Virus record (IMG/VR): IMGVR_UViG_3300035208_004396
Source: a virus
Taxonomy: Duplodnaviria; Caudoviricetes
Direction: 5' to 3' (one strand)
Length of the DNA: 64,000 bases
The position numbers were made by a program, and so were the translations under genes. The notes beneath the pieces were generated by a model, which was not told where the DNA came from, did no database searches, and was given only the letters and a program-made list of their open reading frames with translations. Positions 49,191 through 58,481 of this stretch are shown here, one piece after another (the first letter of the stretch is position 1; each line of letters begins with the position of its first letter).

Positions 49191-49912
49191 TGGATTTATC
49201 GAAAATAGGCTTAAAAAGTCAAACTGATTTGATTAACGATCAAAATGTCATAAAAAATGATCCTAAAACAGGTAATTGGACCGGAAAGGTAGTAGATATT
49301 GCCGATCCTTTGATGCTTGGTCGTATTAAAATAGAGATATTTGGCTATTATGATGGCTATAATACAGATTCTTTACCTTGGAGTATACCATCTAATTCAT
49401 TCTTGGGTGCTAAAAACAGTAATTTCATAGTACCAGAATTGAATAGCATCGTAACTGGTTATTTCGATAATAACGATGAAATGAAACCTATTTACGAAGG
49501 CATTATTCGGACAAAAGAAACCGATTTAGCTAGCACAACATTATTCGAAAGAACTTTGGATTATCAAAATACTCAAGTTTTATATGAAAATGATTATGGC
49601 GATGCTTTAATTGTGAATAAAAAAGAAGGCAGTTACAAGTTCAAGCATCGTTCTGGTTTGCTTATTACGATAGGTAATTCTGGTAAATTGGAGTTAACTA
49701 CTAATTTAGCCGATTTCGGTATGACTATTAATGGCGATGTCAACATGCAAGTAACAGGTAAAACAGATATTGTTTCACAGGGAGATGTAAATGTAGATGG
49801 TAAAAGTGTGAATTTAGGCAAAAATTTGCAAAAACAATTAGTAAATAATTTACCAGCATGTCTTATTTGTGGTAGTCCCCATCAAATAGGAAACACTAAC
49901 GTAAAGGCATAA
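49190..49912 (+). CDS. gp5: Baseplate central spike (gp5-like OB fold + beta-helix, no lysozyme domain)
   Basis: G.VVD..DP..LGR.K....G......LPW, VP, H.SG; C-terminal C..CG.PH metal-binding tip. Confidence 0.85.
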   Translation: MDLSKIGLKSQTDLINDQNVIKNDPKTGNWTGKVVDIADPLMLGRIKIEIFGYYDGYNTDSLPWSIPSNSFLGAKNSNFIVPELNSIVTGYFDNNDEMKPIYEGIIRTKETDLASTTLFERTLDYQNTQVLYENDYGDALIVNKKEGSYKFKHRSGLLITIGNSGKLELTTNLADFGMTINGDVNMQVTGKTDIVSQGDVNVDGKSVNLGKNLQKQLVNNLPACLICGSPHQIGNTNVKA

Positions 49913-49916
49913 TTTA

Positions 49917-50840
49917 ATGTTATTCAGAGAATTTCATAGAATCTTAAACATCGATATGTATTTCAAAAAGAAAAATATTACGTCAGATTATACGAAATAT
50001 AAATTGAAAAGAATGACCAACGACATAATGTCCTTGATAAATAAAAAAGATGTTAAAGGTCTAAAAGAATATCTTTATGATTATAACGATAAATCTACAT
50101 TCGATTTATTTGCTTATATTACAGGTTCGAGAAATGCTAGGACAAAAGAACAGATATATAATATTATCGAGGAATATATGACGGATTTACACGAGTATTT
50201 ACATCAAAATAGTCATAAAATAGAAATAAAAGTGGAAAAAACAGAATCTTTGAAACAATATCTAGACAAACATAAGCTTAATGAAGTTGATGATCCTTTC
50301 GGCGATGATAAAGGAGATGATAATGCTATAGATACCGAAGAAGATACTGGTTCCGAAGATCCTTTCGGTGATCATACTAGTGATATGCCAAAAGATTCAG
50401 GCACATCTAGTGATAAAACTGAAGTACCTACTGATACACACGAAGAAGATCCCGATTTTAAGACTGGCCATGCTAATCCAGATGATTTGACTCTTCCTGC
50501 TCAACCCAGTGGAGAAACTGCTATAAATGTAGAAAATGTAATGACTAATCTAAATTCATTATTGTTAGGAAATAATAAGGATTTCGTAGATATGCCTAAG
50601 TTTAAGAAAGCTGTCGAGCTGATCTGTTCTGGTAAGAAATTAAATATGGATGATTTGACATTCGTAGATACTAAAAAAGTAATAGCTAAGCTTAAAACCT
50701 TATTAACCGGATTAGATGATTTCACGGCTAATTATGTAAAACAAAAGATAAGACAACCTATTGCAATAGATTATATGAATAAAAAATTAGATGCTATTCA
50801 ACAAAAACAAAATACAGAATTTTTGAGTCAAGCATTATAA
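49917..50840 (+). CDS. Hypothetical protein with acidic linker (candidate head protein)
   Basis: FREF N-terminus, KLNE followed by DPFGD repeats. Confidence 0.5.
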   Translation: MLFREFHRILNIDMYFKKKNITSDYTKYKLKRMTNDIMSLINKKDVKGLKEYLYDYNDKSTFDLFAYITGSRNARTKEQIYNIIEEYMTDLHEYLHQNSHKIEIKVEKTESLKQYLDKHKLNEVDDPFGDDKGDDNAIDTEEDTGSEDPFGDHTSDMPKDSGTSSDKTEVPTDTHEEDPDFKTGHANPDDLTLPAQPSGETAINVENVMTNLNSLLLGNNKDFVDMPKFKKAVELICSGKKLNMDDLTFVDTKKVIAKLKTLLTGLDDFTANYVKQKIRQPIAIDYMNKKLDAIQQKQNTEFLSQAL

Positions 50841-50850
50841 AGAGGTAAAT

Positions 50851-50964
50851 ATGAGCATGAAAATAAGAAAACAAACAAAAAAGTTAAATCAAATAGAACC
50901 TTCTATTTGTCAAGAAACCATAGATATTAAAGTGGAAAATCCAAAAAAACATAAAAAGAGTTAA
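50851..50964 (+). CDS. Small basic ORF (37 aa)
   Basis: AGAGG RBS; fills the gap between genes. Confidence 0.35.
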   Translation: MSMKIRKQTKKLNQIEPSICQETIDIKVENPKKHKKS

Positions 50965-50966
50965 TT

Positions 50967-51785
50967 ATGACCCCATCATTCCCATTTATTCCAGATACTC
51001 AATTCTTAACAATCCCAATCGATGGGGAATGTTGTTCTGGTGAAAATTCTTGTGTCTGTGTTACTAGTGGGGATGTGGATAACTGGAATTCTGCTTACTA
51101 TATAATCCAAAATAACAGTGCTAATTGGGGAAACCAACACGATTATTCTGGTGAAATAGGTGATATAAGTGCCATTCTTAAACCAGAATTATGGAATTCT
51201 GCTGCTTCTATGTTAAATAGTGCTGATATTTGGAACTCAGCATATTCCACATCTAAAGAAATTTCTGAAAAATATATATCGGCAGTTAATGTAAAATACT
51301 ATGATGATGGCGATTTAGGCTGTTTTGGTTTATCTGGCAATGGAACAATAGATGATCCTATCAGATTAAATAGTGCTACAGAAAATAATCTCGAACTATA
51401 TTTCAAATTATTTGAAGATCTATATAAAAATCCGGGTGATATTAGCACTAGAAACTGGATGGAATCTGCTTATGGTGAATATCTTTACACTTTAGCAAGT
51501 GGAAATCTTGAATATATGGGTGAAATAGATCAATCCCTGAATAAACTATGGCTCATCATTCAAAGTATGAATTATAGTGGCTGTAATTATATTCAAGGTA
51601 AATATATACAGATTGAAAATCAAACTATAAGTGTTACGGGATTATCTGCTTATTTAGCCGGTGTTGGTATAAAGATTGAAAATAATACGATTATAAACAC
51701 TAATGCTTATACTTATGATGCTGCTATGAATTATACTAATTACTCTAGTTATAGTGGAGATTCAATATATTACAATGAAAAATGA
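50967..51785 (+). CDS. Fibre-like structural protein
   Basis: WNSAY repeats, LSGNGT..DPI, AG.GI.IENNTI. Confidence 0.55.
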   Translation: MTPSFPFIPDTQFLTIPIDGECCSGENSCVCVTSGDVDNWNSAYYIIQNNSANWGNQHDYSGEIGDISAILKPELWNSAASMLNSADIWNSAYSTSKEISEKYISAVNVKYYDDGDLGCFGLSGNGTIDDPIRLNSATENNLELYFKLFEDLYKNPGDISTRNWMESAYGEYLYTLASGNLEYMGEIDQSLNKLWLIIQSMNYSGCNYIQGKYIQIENQTISVTGLSAYLAGVGIKIENNTIINTNAYTYDAAMNYTNYSSYSGDSIYYNEK

Positions 51786-52086
51786 TCAAATTTTAATACA
51801 AGCTATTAAAAAAGTATGTCTTGATAAAAAAACACCGGGTTTTGTCAAACACATTTTAACAGATGCGACCAAATCATATTTCTCCGAATCTATTAACTTA
51901 GTTTATACTAAACCAGAATTAGGAGATTTATGTCATAGTATTAAAAATATAAATGAAGAGTATAAGATTCTAAACAATAGTATAATCTGTGAAAACGTTC
52001 AATTAGTAGATGCCATTATGACAAAAGGTGAATTTATCGGTACCGTTTTTCATAATATTCCCATTAATATGTTAAGCAAAAACTAA
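51775..52086 (+). CDS. Hypothetical protein
   Basis: ORF overlapping the upstream stop. Confidence 0.45.
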   Translation: MKNDQILIQAIKKVCLDKKTPGFVKHILTDATKSYFSESINLVYTKPELGDLCHSIKNINEEYKILNNSIICENVQLVDAIMTKGEFIGTVFHNIPINMLSKN

Positions 52087-52784
52087 AAAGTATAGTTATA
52101 CCATATTTTCTTTAACTGAGAAAAATCTGGTTTATCTACTGTAAATTCGGTTAATACACCATTTTTTATCATATCTTGTATTTCTTCGAAATTTGCATAT
52201 TTTTCTACTCTTTTAGATAATGAACTAGATTTATAATTAGATGGTGCTTTATATATTGCTAAAATGTGTGCTTCAGTCAATTTTTCAATTTCTTCACGAT
52301 TCAAATATTTGGCCACTATAAAATTAATGCCATCTAGATTGATTATATAACAATTTCTTATAGTTTTAGTTTCATCTCTTGATTTAATCCAACTCAATTT
52401 TTTAGATTCTTCCTCTGTAGCATAACGTTGAATAATACCTATATCTTCACCATAATAATCTGATGCTATCTTAGCATATTTATTCCAAAATGCACCATGA
52501 TAAGCACCATATTTACTCTGTTTTTTACCATTAACAGAACCATCTAATACATGTATCATTTCATGTAAAATAGTATTTACTAATAATTTTCTATTATCGA
52601 AAATTTTATCTTTTAATCTTATTAAATAACCATTTCTATATTCTGATGTATCACCGAACTTATCTTCATCTTTAGGCAATCTAGCCAGAAATATAGGAGG
52701 TAATATGTAACCTAATTCTTTCTCAAAAAAGTCCTTTCTGAAAAATTTAACAATATCTTTAGCATCTGCAATAGAATATAACAT
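52083..52784 (-). CDS. SprT-like zinc metallopeptidase
   Basis: TILHEMIH....HG.FW; ATATATA-N5-ATG. Confidence 0.8.
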   Translation of the reverse strand: MLYSIADAKDIVKFFRKDFFEKELGYILPPIFLARLPKDEDKFGDTSEYRNGYLIRLKDKIFDNRKLLVNTILHEMIHVLDGSVNGKKQSKYGAYHGAFWNKYAKIASDYYGEDIGIIQRYATEEESKKLSWIKSRDETKTIRNCYIINLDGINFIVAKYLNREEIEKLTEAHILAIYKAPSNYKSSSLSKRVEKYANFEEIQDMIKNGVLTEFTVDKPDFSQLKKIWYNYTF

Positions 52785-52843
52785 ATAATTATATATTTAT
52801 ACAATATAACACGAAATAAATGCAAAACTAAATTATGTAAAAA

Positions 52844-54859
52844 TTAGTTCACAAGGATGGAAGCTTTTACTTTTTGTCCATTTACTTCGACTAAGTCATC
52901 AGGATAAAAATAATCAATTTTACCATTATCAAAGGTGATTTTTATTGTAGGCAAATATTTATTAGCAGATTTCAAAATAGCATCAGATTTATAAAATTCA
53001 TCAGTTGCTTCTATCAAACTTCTAATTGTACATCTGGCCCCCCTAGTAATAGCTCTTGCACAATCTATGTTGTAGAATCTAAACTTGGGATAGAGTAATG
53101 CCCCATAAACCGAGTTAATGATAGTTTTTCTGGTTCTCTGTTCTACGAAATATCTAATAGTTCCAACTTCATCTTTTTCAGCTTTTGCCTTGAGCCATAG
53201 TTTCTTAAAATACTTTCTTTCGGCATAAACAGTTTTAACGAACTTTGGAATCATACCCTCTTCAGGTAAGAAATATACTCCATTTATCTTAGATTTGATC
53301 AATTTCAAAGACTTAATTTTATCCGGTGTGGGCTTAATTACAACACATTCTGGACTTATATTATATTGTCTTATATGATGAGGATATGAACTGTTAATGT
53401 CACCATCTAGTCCATGTAGATATAAGCCGGTCTTATTTGCACAAAAACCAGCTTTAACACTAAATGGAGCATAAGAATAATAAGCTTTTTTTTCCGGTAC
53501 CCAAACTAAATAATCTTTCTTTATTTGCTCAATAGATGGTTTTTTTACCATACTATCGGGAATTAGGTTTTGCCATTCTATTGTACCATCTGCCAGTTTG
53601 TTCTTATAATAACCTTCTTGAATCCACCAATCTTGTACATTTCTTTCTTTATTTAAAGGAACTGTTTTTTCTTTTAACACGAACTGGAGAATATAAGCTT
53701 CTGCTAATTTTGACATAGAAGAAATCTTATTCACCAAGATCAAACCATTATGACTCAATGAAATAGCAGTATTTATCAACCCAGTTTTATCATTAAGTTT
53801 AACGAAACATCTTACGTCTTGTCTGTTATAAACAACATATTTGTTATAATCTTTTCTATAAAAATCTCGAATGGGACCATCATATTCTATCTTACCAATC
53901 CCAAGCTCTTTCATGCAAATATCATTCAGTTTGAAACTTGGCAGATTGAATTGTCTTGTTAAATGTCTATACATTACCATATAATCGATGTGAATCAAAC
54001 CAGGGATTTCACAATTATATGAGTAATCATAATTGACATTTGCTGAAGTATTCTCATTATCTATTTCTGGTGCTATATTCAGAGGTGATAACAATTTAGA
54101 CAATCTCGAATCTAATTGATTCATCCTGTTAACAACATAAGGTACGTCGAAATGTGCACTATTCCAGCCAGTCAATATATCGAAATTCTGTTTATTGAAC
54201 CAATTAGCAAAATTTGTGAGCATTTCGAGCTCAGTTTTGAAATAATGATAATGATCTACACTTGGATCGTCCCCAGTATAAGGTTCAAGACCCCAAGTAT
54301 GATAAGCTTTATCTATATTTGAATATACCGTAATTAAATTAATCGGATATTCTGCAAGATTAGCAAAAGGAAATTCTGCTTTATAATAACAACTTCTTCT
54401 ATATGGTGTTACAATTTTCTCTTCTTCATCATAAACCGGTGTATTCAGATAATCTCGATCGATTTCTAGTTCTAATATAGTTTTATATCCAGTTTTAACT
54501 CTAACTTTATGATATAATGGATATTTTCGGCCGGATTGAATTTCAATATCAAAAAAAGCAATACGATAATCACTCTCGGAAATATATCGATCTTCGTTGA
54601 GATAAGTATATAATAAATACTGTTGAACTGGTGGTAAATCATATAAAAATGCTTTATTTGCTTCACCTAACATCCTAACATTATCACGATCATCTGAACT
54701 GGTCAACTTGACTTTTTCGTGAGTTCGCCACAAAGAATAATCACCATTTTCATCCCTAACGAAGTATTTCCTCACATAACGCTTACGATTATATTTTAGG
54801 TCATCTTTGTTTTTGTAATAAATGTAGCCTTTATGATAACAAACATTCTTATAAATCAT
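52844..54859 (-). CDS. gp43: Family B DNA polymerase, N-terminal part (exonuclease, motifs A and B) of a split gene
   Basis: FFDIE (ExoI), GWNS..FD.PY (ExoII), YN.QDV (ExoIII), DINSSYP (A), K..INSVYG (B); no DTDS. Confidence 0.92.
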   Translation of the reverse strand: MIYKNVCYHKGYIYYKNKDDLKYNRKRYVRKYFVRDENGDYSLWRTHEKVKLTSSDDRDNVRMLGEANKAFLYDLPPVQQYLLYTYLNEDRYISESDYRIAFFDIEIQSGRKYPLYHKVRVKTGYKTILELEIDRDYLNTPVYDEEEKIVTPYRRSCYYKAEFPFANLAEYPINLITVYSNIDKAYHTWGLEPYTGDDPSVDHYHYFKTELEMLTNFANWFNKQNFDILTGWNSAHFDVPYVVNRMNQLDSRLSKLLSPLNIAPEIDNENTSANVNYDYSYNCEIPGLIHIDYMVMYRHLTRQFNLPSFKLNDICMKELGIGKIEYDGPIRDFYRKDYNKYVVYNRQDVRCFVKLNDKTGLINTAISLSHNGLILVNKISSMSKLAEAYILQFVLKEKTVPLNKERNVQDWWIQEGYYKNKLADGTIEWQNLIPDSMVKKPSIEQIKKDYLVWVPEKKAYYSYAPFSVKAGFCANKTGLYLHGLDGDINSSYPHHIRQYNISPECVVIKPTPDKIKSLKLIKSKINGVYFLPEEGMIPKFVKTVYAERKYFKKLWLKAKAEKDEVGTIRYFVEQRTRKTIINSVYGALLYPKFRFYNIDCARAITRGARCTIRSLIEATDEFYKSDAILKSANKYLPTIKITFDNGKIDYFYPDDLVEVNGQKVKASILVN

Positions 54860-54919
54860 TAAATTCGAACCTATATTTTTAATAAAAATACTAAATTATG
54901 ATAAAAAGGAACGTCGAAA

Positions 54920-56086
54920 ATGTATATAGCAGTATGCAACAAAGATCAATTCAAAATTAAATTGGATTCTATTAGGCATTATTATAATCCTAGATTAGAT
55001 ACCAACATTGATAAAGTTGATGATCAATTATATTCCGAATTATCGGCATTATATTGGCTCTGGAAACATAACAACGATGATATCATAGGACTTGAACACT
55101 ATCGTAGATTCTTCGTTAGCAAAGATAGCGATGTTTGGAATCACGAAAAAGCTAAAAAAATAGAATTGGTTAATGAAAATGAAATTAATGAACTGTTGCA
55201 AACTAAGGATATTATCTTATGTGAACAAGAAGTACCTGCAAAGAATGCTCTGACATTCCTTTTTTCTACAAGACATAATTCAGTAGACTCCGATTCCACG
55301 ATGTATGATATGTTCATAAATTGGTTCGAATATTTAGCTAAATCGAATAACAAGGATTTCTATTTCTACATGATAAGGGAAATGTCTAAATCCCCCACGT
55401 TATATGCTAATAATATGTTAATTGGCAAAAGAGAAGTCATAAGTTCATACTGTAACTGGTTGTTTCCTACCTTATCAGACTTTAAATCTCGTTATTATCC
55501 AGCAAAAATGGTACAACGTGGATTCGGTTATCTTGCAGAATGGTCTATGGGATATTGGTTCAAATTCAATAAAATAGCAATAACTAGCTTATATAAAGTA
55601 GTTTATGATGATGATGCTAAACCTACTAGATGTTGTTTTACTCATGAAGAACTAACTAATTCTAAAAATGATGTTTATGTAAATAAAATATTGGACAAGA
55701 TTAGCCGGGATTTCAAAGAAACACTATCTAAAAACATGCATTTTGATAAAAACGGTGTAAATATTCAAATTACCGAAAGAACCGGAGATGTTTTGATGAT
55801 TGCTCACTATCTCAGATTTGGATTTAATGTATATTATATCGGTAAAAACAACAACGAATTTATTAAAAAACTAGTTGAATTATATAATGATGATAATTAT
55901 GCCAGAATAGTTTTGGGTCATGTACCACCATTAGAACACTGTTTATATACCGAAACATTATTAATATCAGATTTAGCTCAGGGTATTTCCGCATTAAAAG
56001 ATCATAAAGAGGGTATAAAAGCAACAGCTAAAGCTATCGATTTAGATCATAGAAGCATTATAGATACAGTGGTGTATCTTAAATGA
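54920..56086 (+). CDS. DUF4422-domain (glycosyltransferase-associated) protein
   Basis: YSEL.ALYWLWK.....IIGL.HYRRFF, NM, YC.WLF..L, R..GYLAE. Confidence 0.8.
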   Translation: MYIAVCNKDQFKIKLDSIRHYYNPRLDTNIDKVDDQLYSELSALYWLWKHNNDDIIGLEHYRRFFVSKDSDVWNHEKAKKIELVNENEINELLQTKDIILCEQEVPAKNALTFLFSTRHNSVDSDSTMYDMFINWFEYLAKSNNKDFYFYMIREMSKSPTLYANNMLIGKREVISSYCNWLFPTLSDFKSRYYPAKMVQRGFGYLAEWSMGYWFKFNKIAITSLYKVVYDDDAKPTRCCFTHEELTNSKNDVYVNKILDKISRDFKETLSKNMHFDKNGVNIQITERTGDVLMIAHYLRFGFNVYYIGKNNNEFIKKLVELYNDDNYARIVLGHVPPLEHCLYTETLLISDLAQGISALKDHKEGIKATAKAIDLDHRSIIDTVVYLK

Positions 56087-56850
56087 AAGTCTATTGTGTA
56101 AGTAATCTAGAACTGACTACATTAAAGAATCTGAATTATGATTCTATGTTTCCGGAGGCGGATATAATAAGTATAGCCGGTAATATATCAAAAGATCCAA
56201 ATATAATAAGAAAGTTATTTAAAGAATTAACTAACATTTATAATGCTATTGTATATGTAAATGGACCTTTTGAATATGCAGGGGATAATCCTCTTTATAA
56301 ACTAGATGAAATCGAACGATTAACTACATTGAAATCATATCATAAAAAGTATAAAATCGATCGGAAATTACCATTGTATCCAGTACATCTAAAAAATAGA
56401 GAAAATCGAATATTCATCAATTATCGTTATATAGATGGCAATGATTCAATCTGTGATAATTCATATTACAATAAACCAGATTTTAGCGATTTATTCATGA
56501 ATGAGTTTAATATGCTCTATTATCAAAACATGTTGACTGATGAAATTGTAAAAGATACTATAAATGCAGCTAAAACCGATACGCATCTCTTTGTTTCTAG
56601 ATATTGTCCTATTTCTAAAGATTTGAATCCTTTGCCCTGGAAATATGAAGATGTTTCTTATTTTGGTACTTATTCTGGTGAAACTATCTTCGATACTTTG
56701 AAAGACGGAGCTGTTATACATTACGGATTTTTACACTGGAAAGATAAAAAAACAATATCTTACAAAGGTAAACAAATAACATTCATCTGTAATTCAGAAA
56801 TTTCACCTTGGCCTAAATACAATCGAAATGATTATGTCATCTCTATCTAA
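56083..56850 (+). CDS. Calcineurin-like metallophosphoesterase fold with degenerate metal ligands
   Basis: SNLE / AGNI / NGPFEY / YGFLH where SDLH / AGD / GNHEY / GHxH are expected. Confidence 0.6.
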   Translation: MKVYCVSNLELTTLKNLNYDSMFPEADIISIAGNISKDPNIIRKLFKELTNIYNAIVYVNGPFEYAGDNPLYKLDEIERLTTLKSYHKKYKIDRKLPLYPVHLKNRENRIFINYRYIDGNDSICDNSYYNKPDFSDLFMNEFNMLYYQNMLTDEIVKDTINAAKTDTHLFVSRYCPISKDLNPLPWKYEDVSYFGTYSGETIFDTLKDGAVIHYGFLHWKDKKTISYKGKQITFICNSEISPWPKYNRNDYVISI

Positions 56851-57174
56851 ATATCCTTTATTTTTCATTTCAAAGGCCTTTTAGGGCCTTTTTTCATTAG
56901 ATCCTATATAGTTATCCAGATTAAGAATAATACGCCTTTATAACACCGTTTATGTCAAATTAAACAACTATAGATTTATTTTCATTTTAAGGCCCTTTTA
57001 AGACGATTAAATTGAAAATTAGTAACTATTCAGTATATAAGCTAAAAACGTCTAAAACAGGCATTTAACGCCAATAAAACTGGTATATTAGATAATACTA
57101 GTACGTAACCTAAAATTATAAATACCGATCTGTGCTTAATCAACCAAGTTTTTATCATAGTATATCATTTTAAT

Positions 57175-57344
57175 TGTAAACTTATTTTAACATTTCATCA
57201 AAACAGATTTTTACCTACTTAGAGTAGTGAACTAAGTGATTTACAAGTCATAAAAAGTCCACATATTTCTCGATAGATACATTATAGTTGGGTAGGGAGA
57301 TGTGGAATCTTTTTTATATAGTATAAAACCTATAGGAGGGGGTA
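57175..57344 (+). repeat. Copy 2 of ~170-bp dispersed direct repeat
   Basis: Matches 24978-25148. Confidence 0.95.
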
Positions 57345-57433
57345 CTAAGATAGAAAAGGTTCGTCTATTCTTCAATCTTGATGTATACGAACAAATAAAA
57401 TGATTAAATTTTGATATATAAAAGGAGGTTTAT

Positions 57434-57808
57434 ATGGAAGAAACAGAACAAGTATATAAGTTAGATGTATCGAATCCAGTATGTCCATGTTGTGGTAAGA
57501 AATTAGTTTTGTTCGATAGTACCGAATCTATACCGAATGATGGATTAGTTAAAGAAAGTTTGAATGAACAAGTAGTACAAACTGAGATAGAACGAGTTAT
57601 TGAAAATACGGCCAATGAGTTATTAGACTTATATGTTCCTGATAATGATGAAAGAGATTCTTGGAAAGTTGATAATGATGTTCGAAATTGGGTTAGACGT
57701 AAAAGCGGGGAATTACATTTTATCTTTATCGAAGAATATGATATCGATATAGATATCATGAAGATCGAAGAAGCTATTTTAGAAAAACTAGATGAAATTA
57801 TTAAATGA
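57434..57808 (+). CDS. Hypothetical protein with CPCC knuckle
   Basis: ATATATA and AGGAGG upstream. Confidence 0.6.
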   Translation: MEETEQVYKLDVSNPVCPCCGKKLVLFDSTESIPNDGLVKESLNEQVVQTEIERVIENTANELLDLYVPDNDERDSWKVDNDVRNWVRRKSGELHFIFIEEYDIDIDIMKIEEAILEKLDEIIK

Positions 57809-58473
57809 AAACTGTAATAATAAGTAAAGATCAGCCTAAGTTCGTAGAAGAGATGGTTTCTAAATTAGATACTGATTATGTTATCGTTTTAGATCGTTGT
57901 AGTAAATCTTATCCGGCTGGCTATAATTATATAAAAAATGAAACGGGTTCTGGTTTTTTAGCTGGTTTTTGTAGAGATTTGGGTGCTAAAGATATAAAAG
58001 ATGATATTTTGTTCCTAGATGGTGATAAAATACCAGATATTTCAGAAAGAAAGATATCATATTTGAGTACTATGGGTTATGATTGTGTACTTTTAGGTTT
58101 AGGTCGAAGAGATCTGAGATTATTCATGCGTTGTGGAGAAGGTGTAGTACCATATTTAAGTAGTAGTTCAATTCGTTCCGAAATCTATTCTTGTGGTATA
58201 TATTTAAGTAAAGATATAATTAAAAAGGTAAAAGTTCTAAACAATGGACGAATATTCAATTCTCTTTTCGATGGTCGTTGGGGTGAAGAAGATCGATATT
58301 TAGGTGATGAATTGACTTATTTAGGTGCTAAAATAGGATATACTAGCCATATAGTATTAGCTAATATGATCACTAACTTGACTAAATCGAATGATGAATC
58401 TAAACGTAAGGATTATATAACAAATCATCGGATAAGATTAGATTTAAGATCTAAATTGTTTTCCAATAGATAA
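57805..58473 (+). CDS. GT2-like glycosyltransferase
   Basis: R..G......LFLDGD, F.G.WG.ED motifs. Confidence 0.75.
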   Translation: MKTVIISKDQPKFVEEMVSKLDTDYVIVLDRCSKSYPAGYNYIKNETGSGFLAGFCRDLGAKDIKDDILFLDGDKIPDISERKISYLSTMGYDCVLLGLGRRDLRLFMRCGEGVVPYLSSSSIRSEIYSCGIYLSKDIIKKVKVLNNGRIFNSLFDGRWGEEDRYLGDELTYLGAKIGYTSHIVLANMITNLTKSNDESKRKDYITNHRIRLDLRSKLFSNR

Positions 58474-58481
58474 ATAACTTT

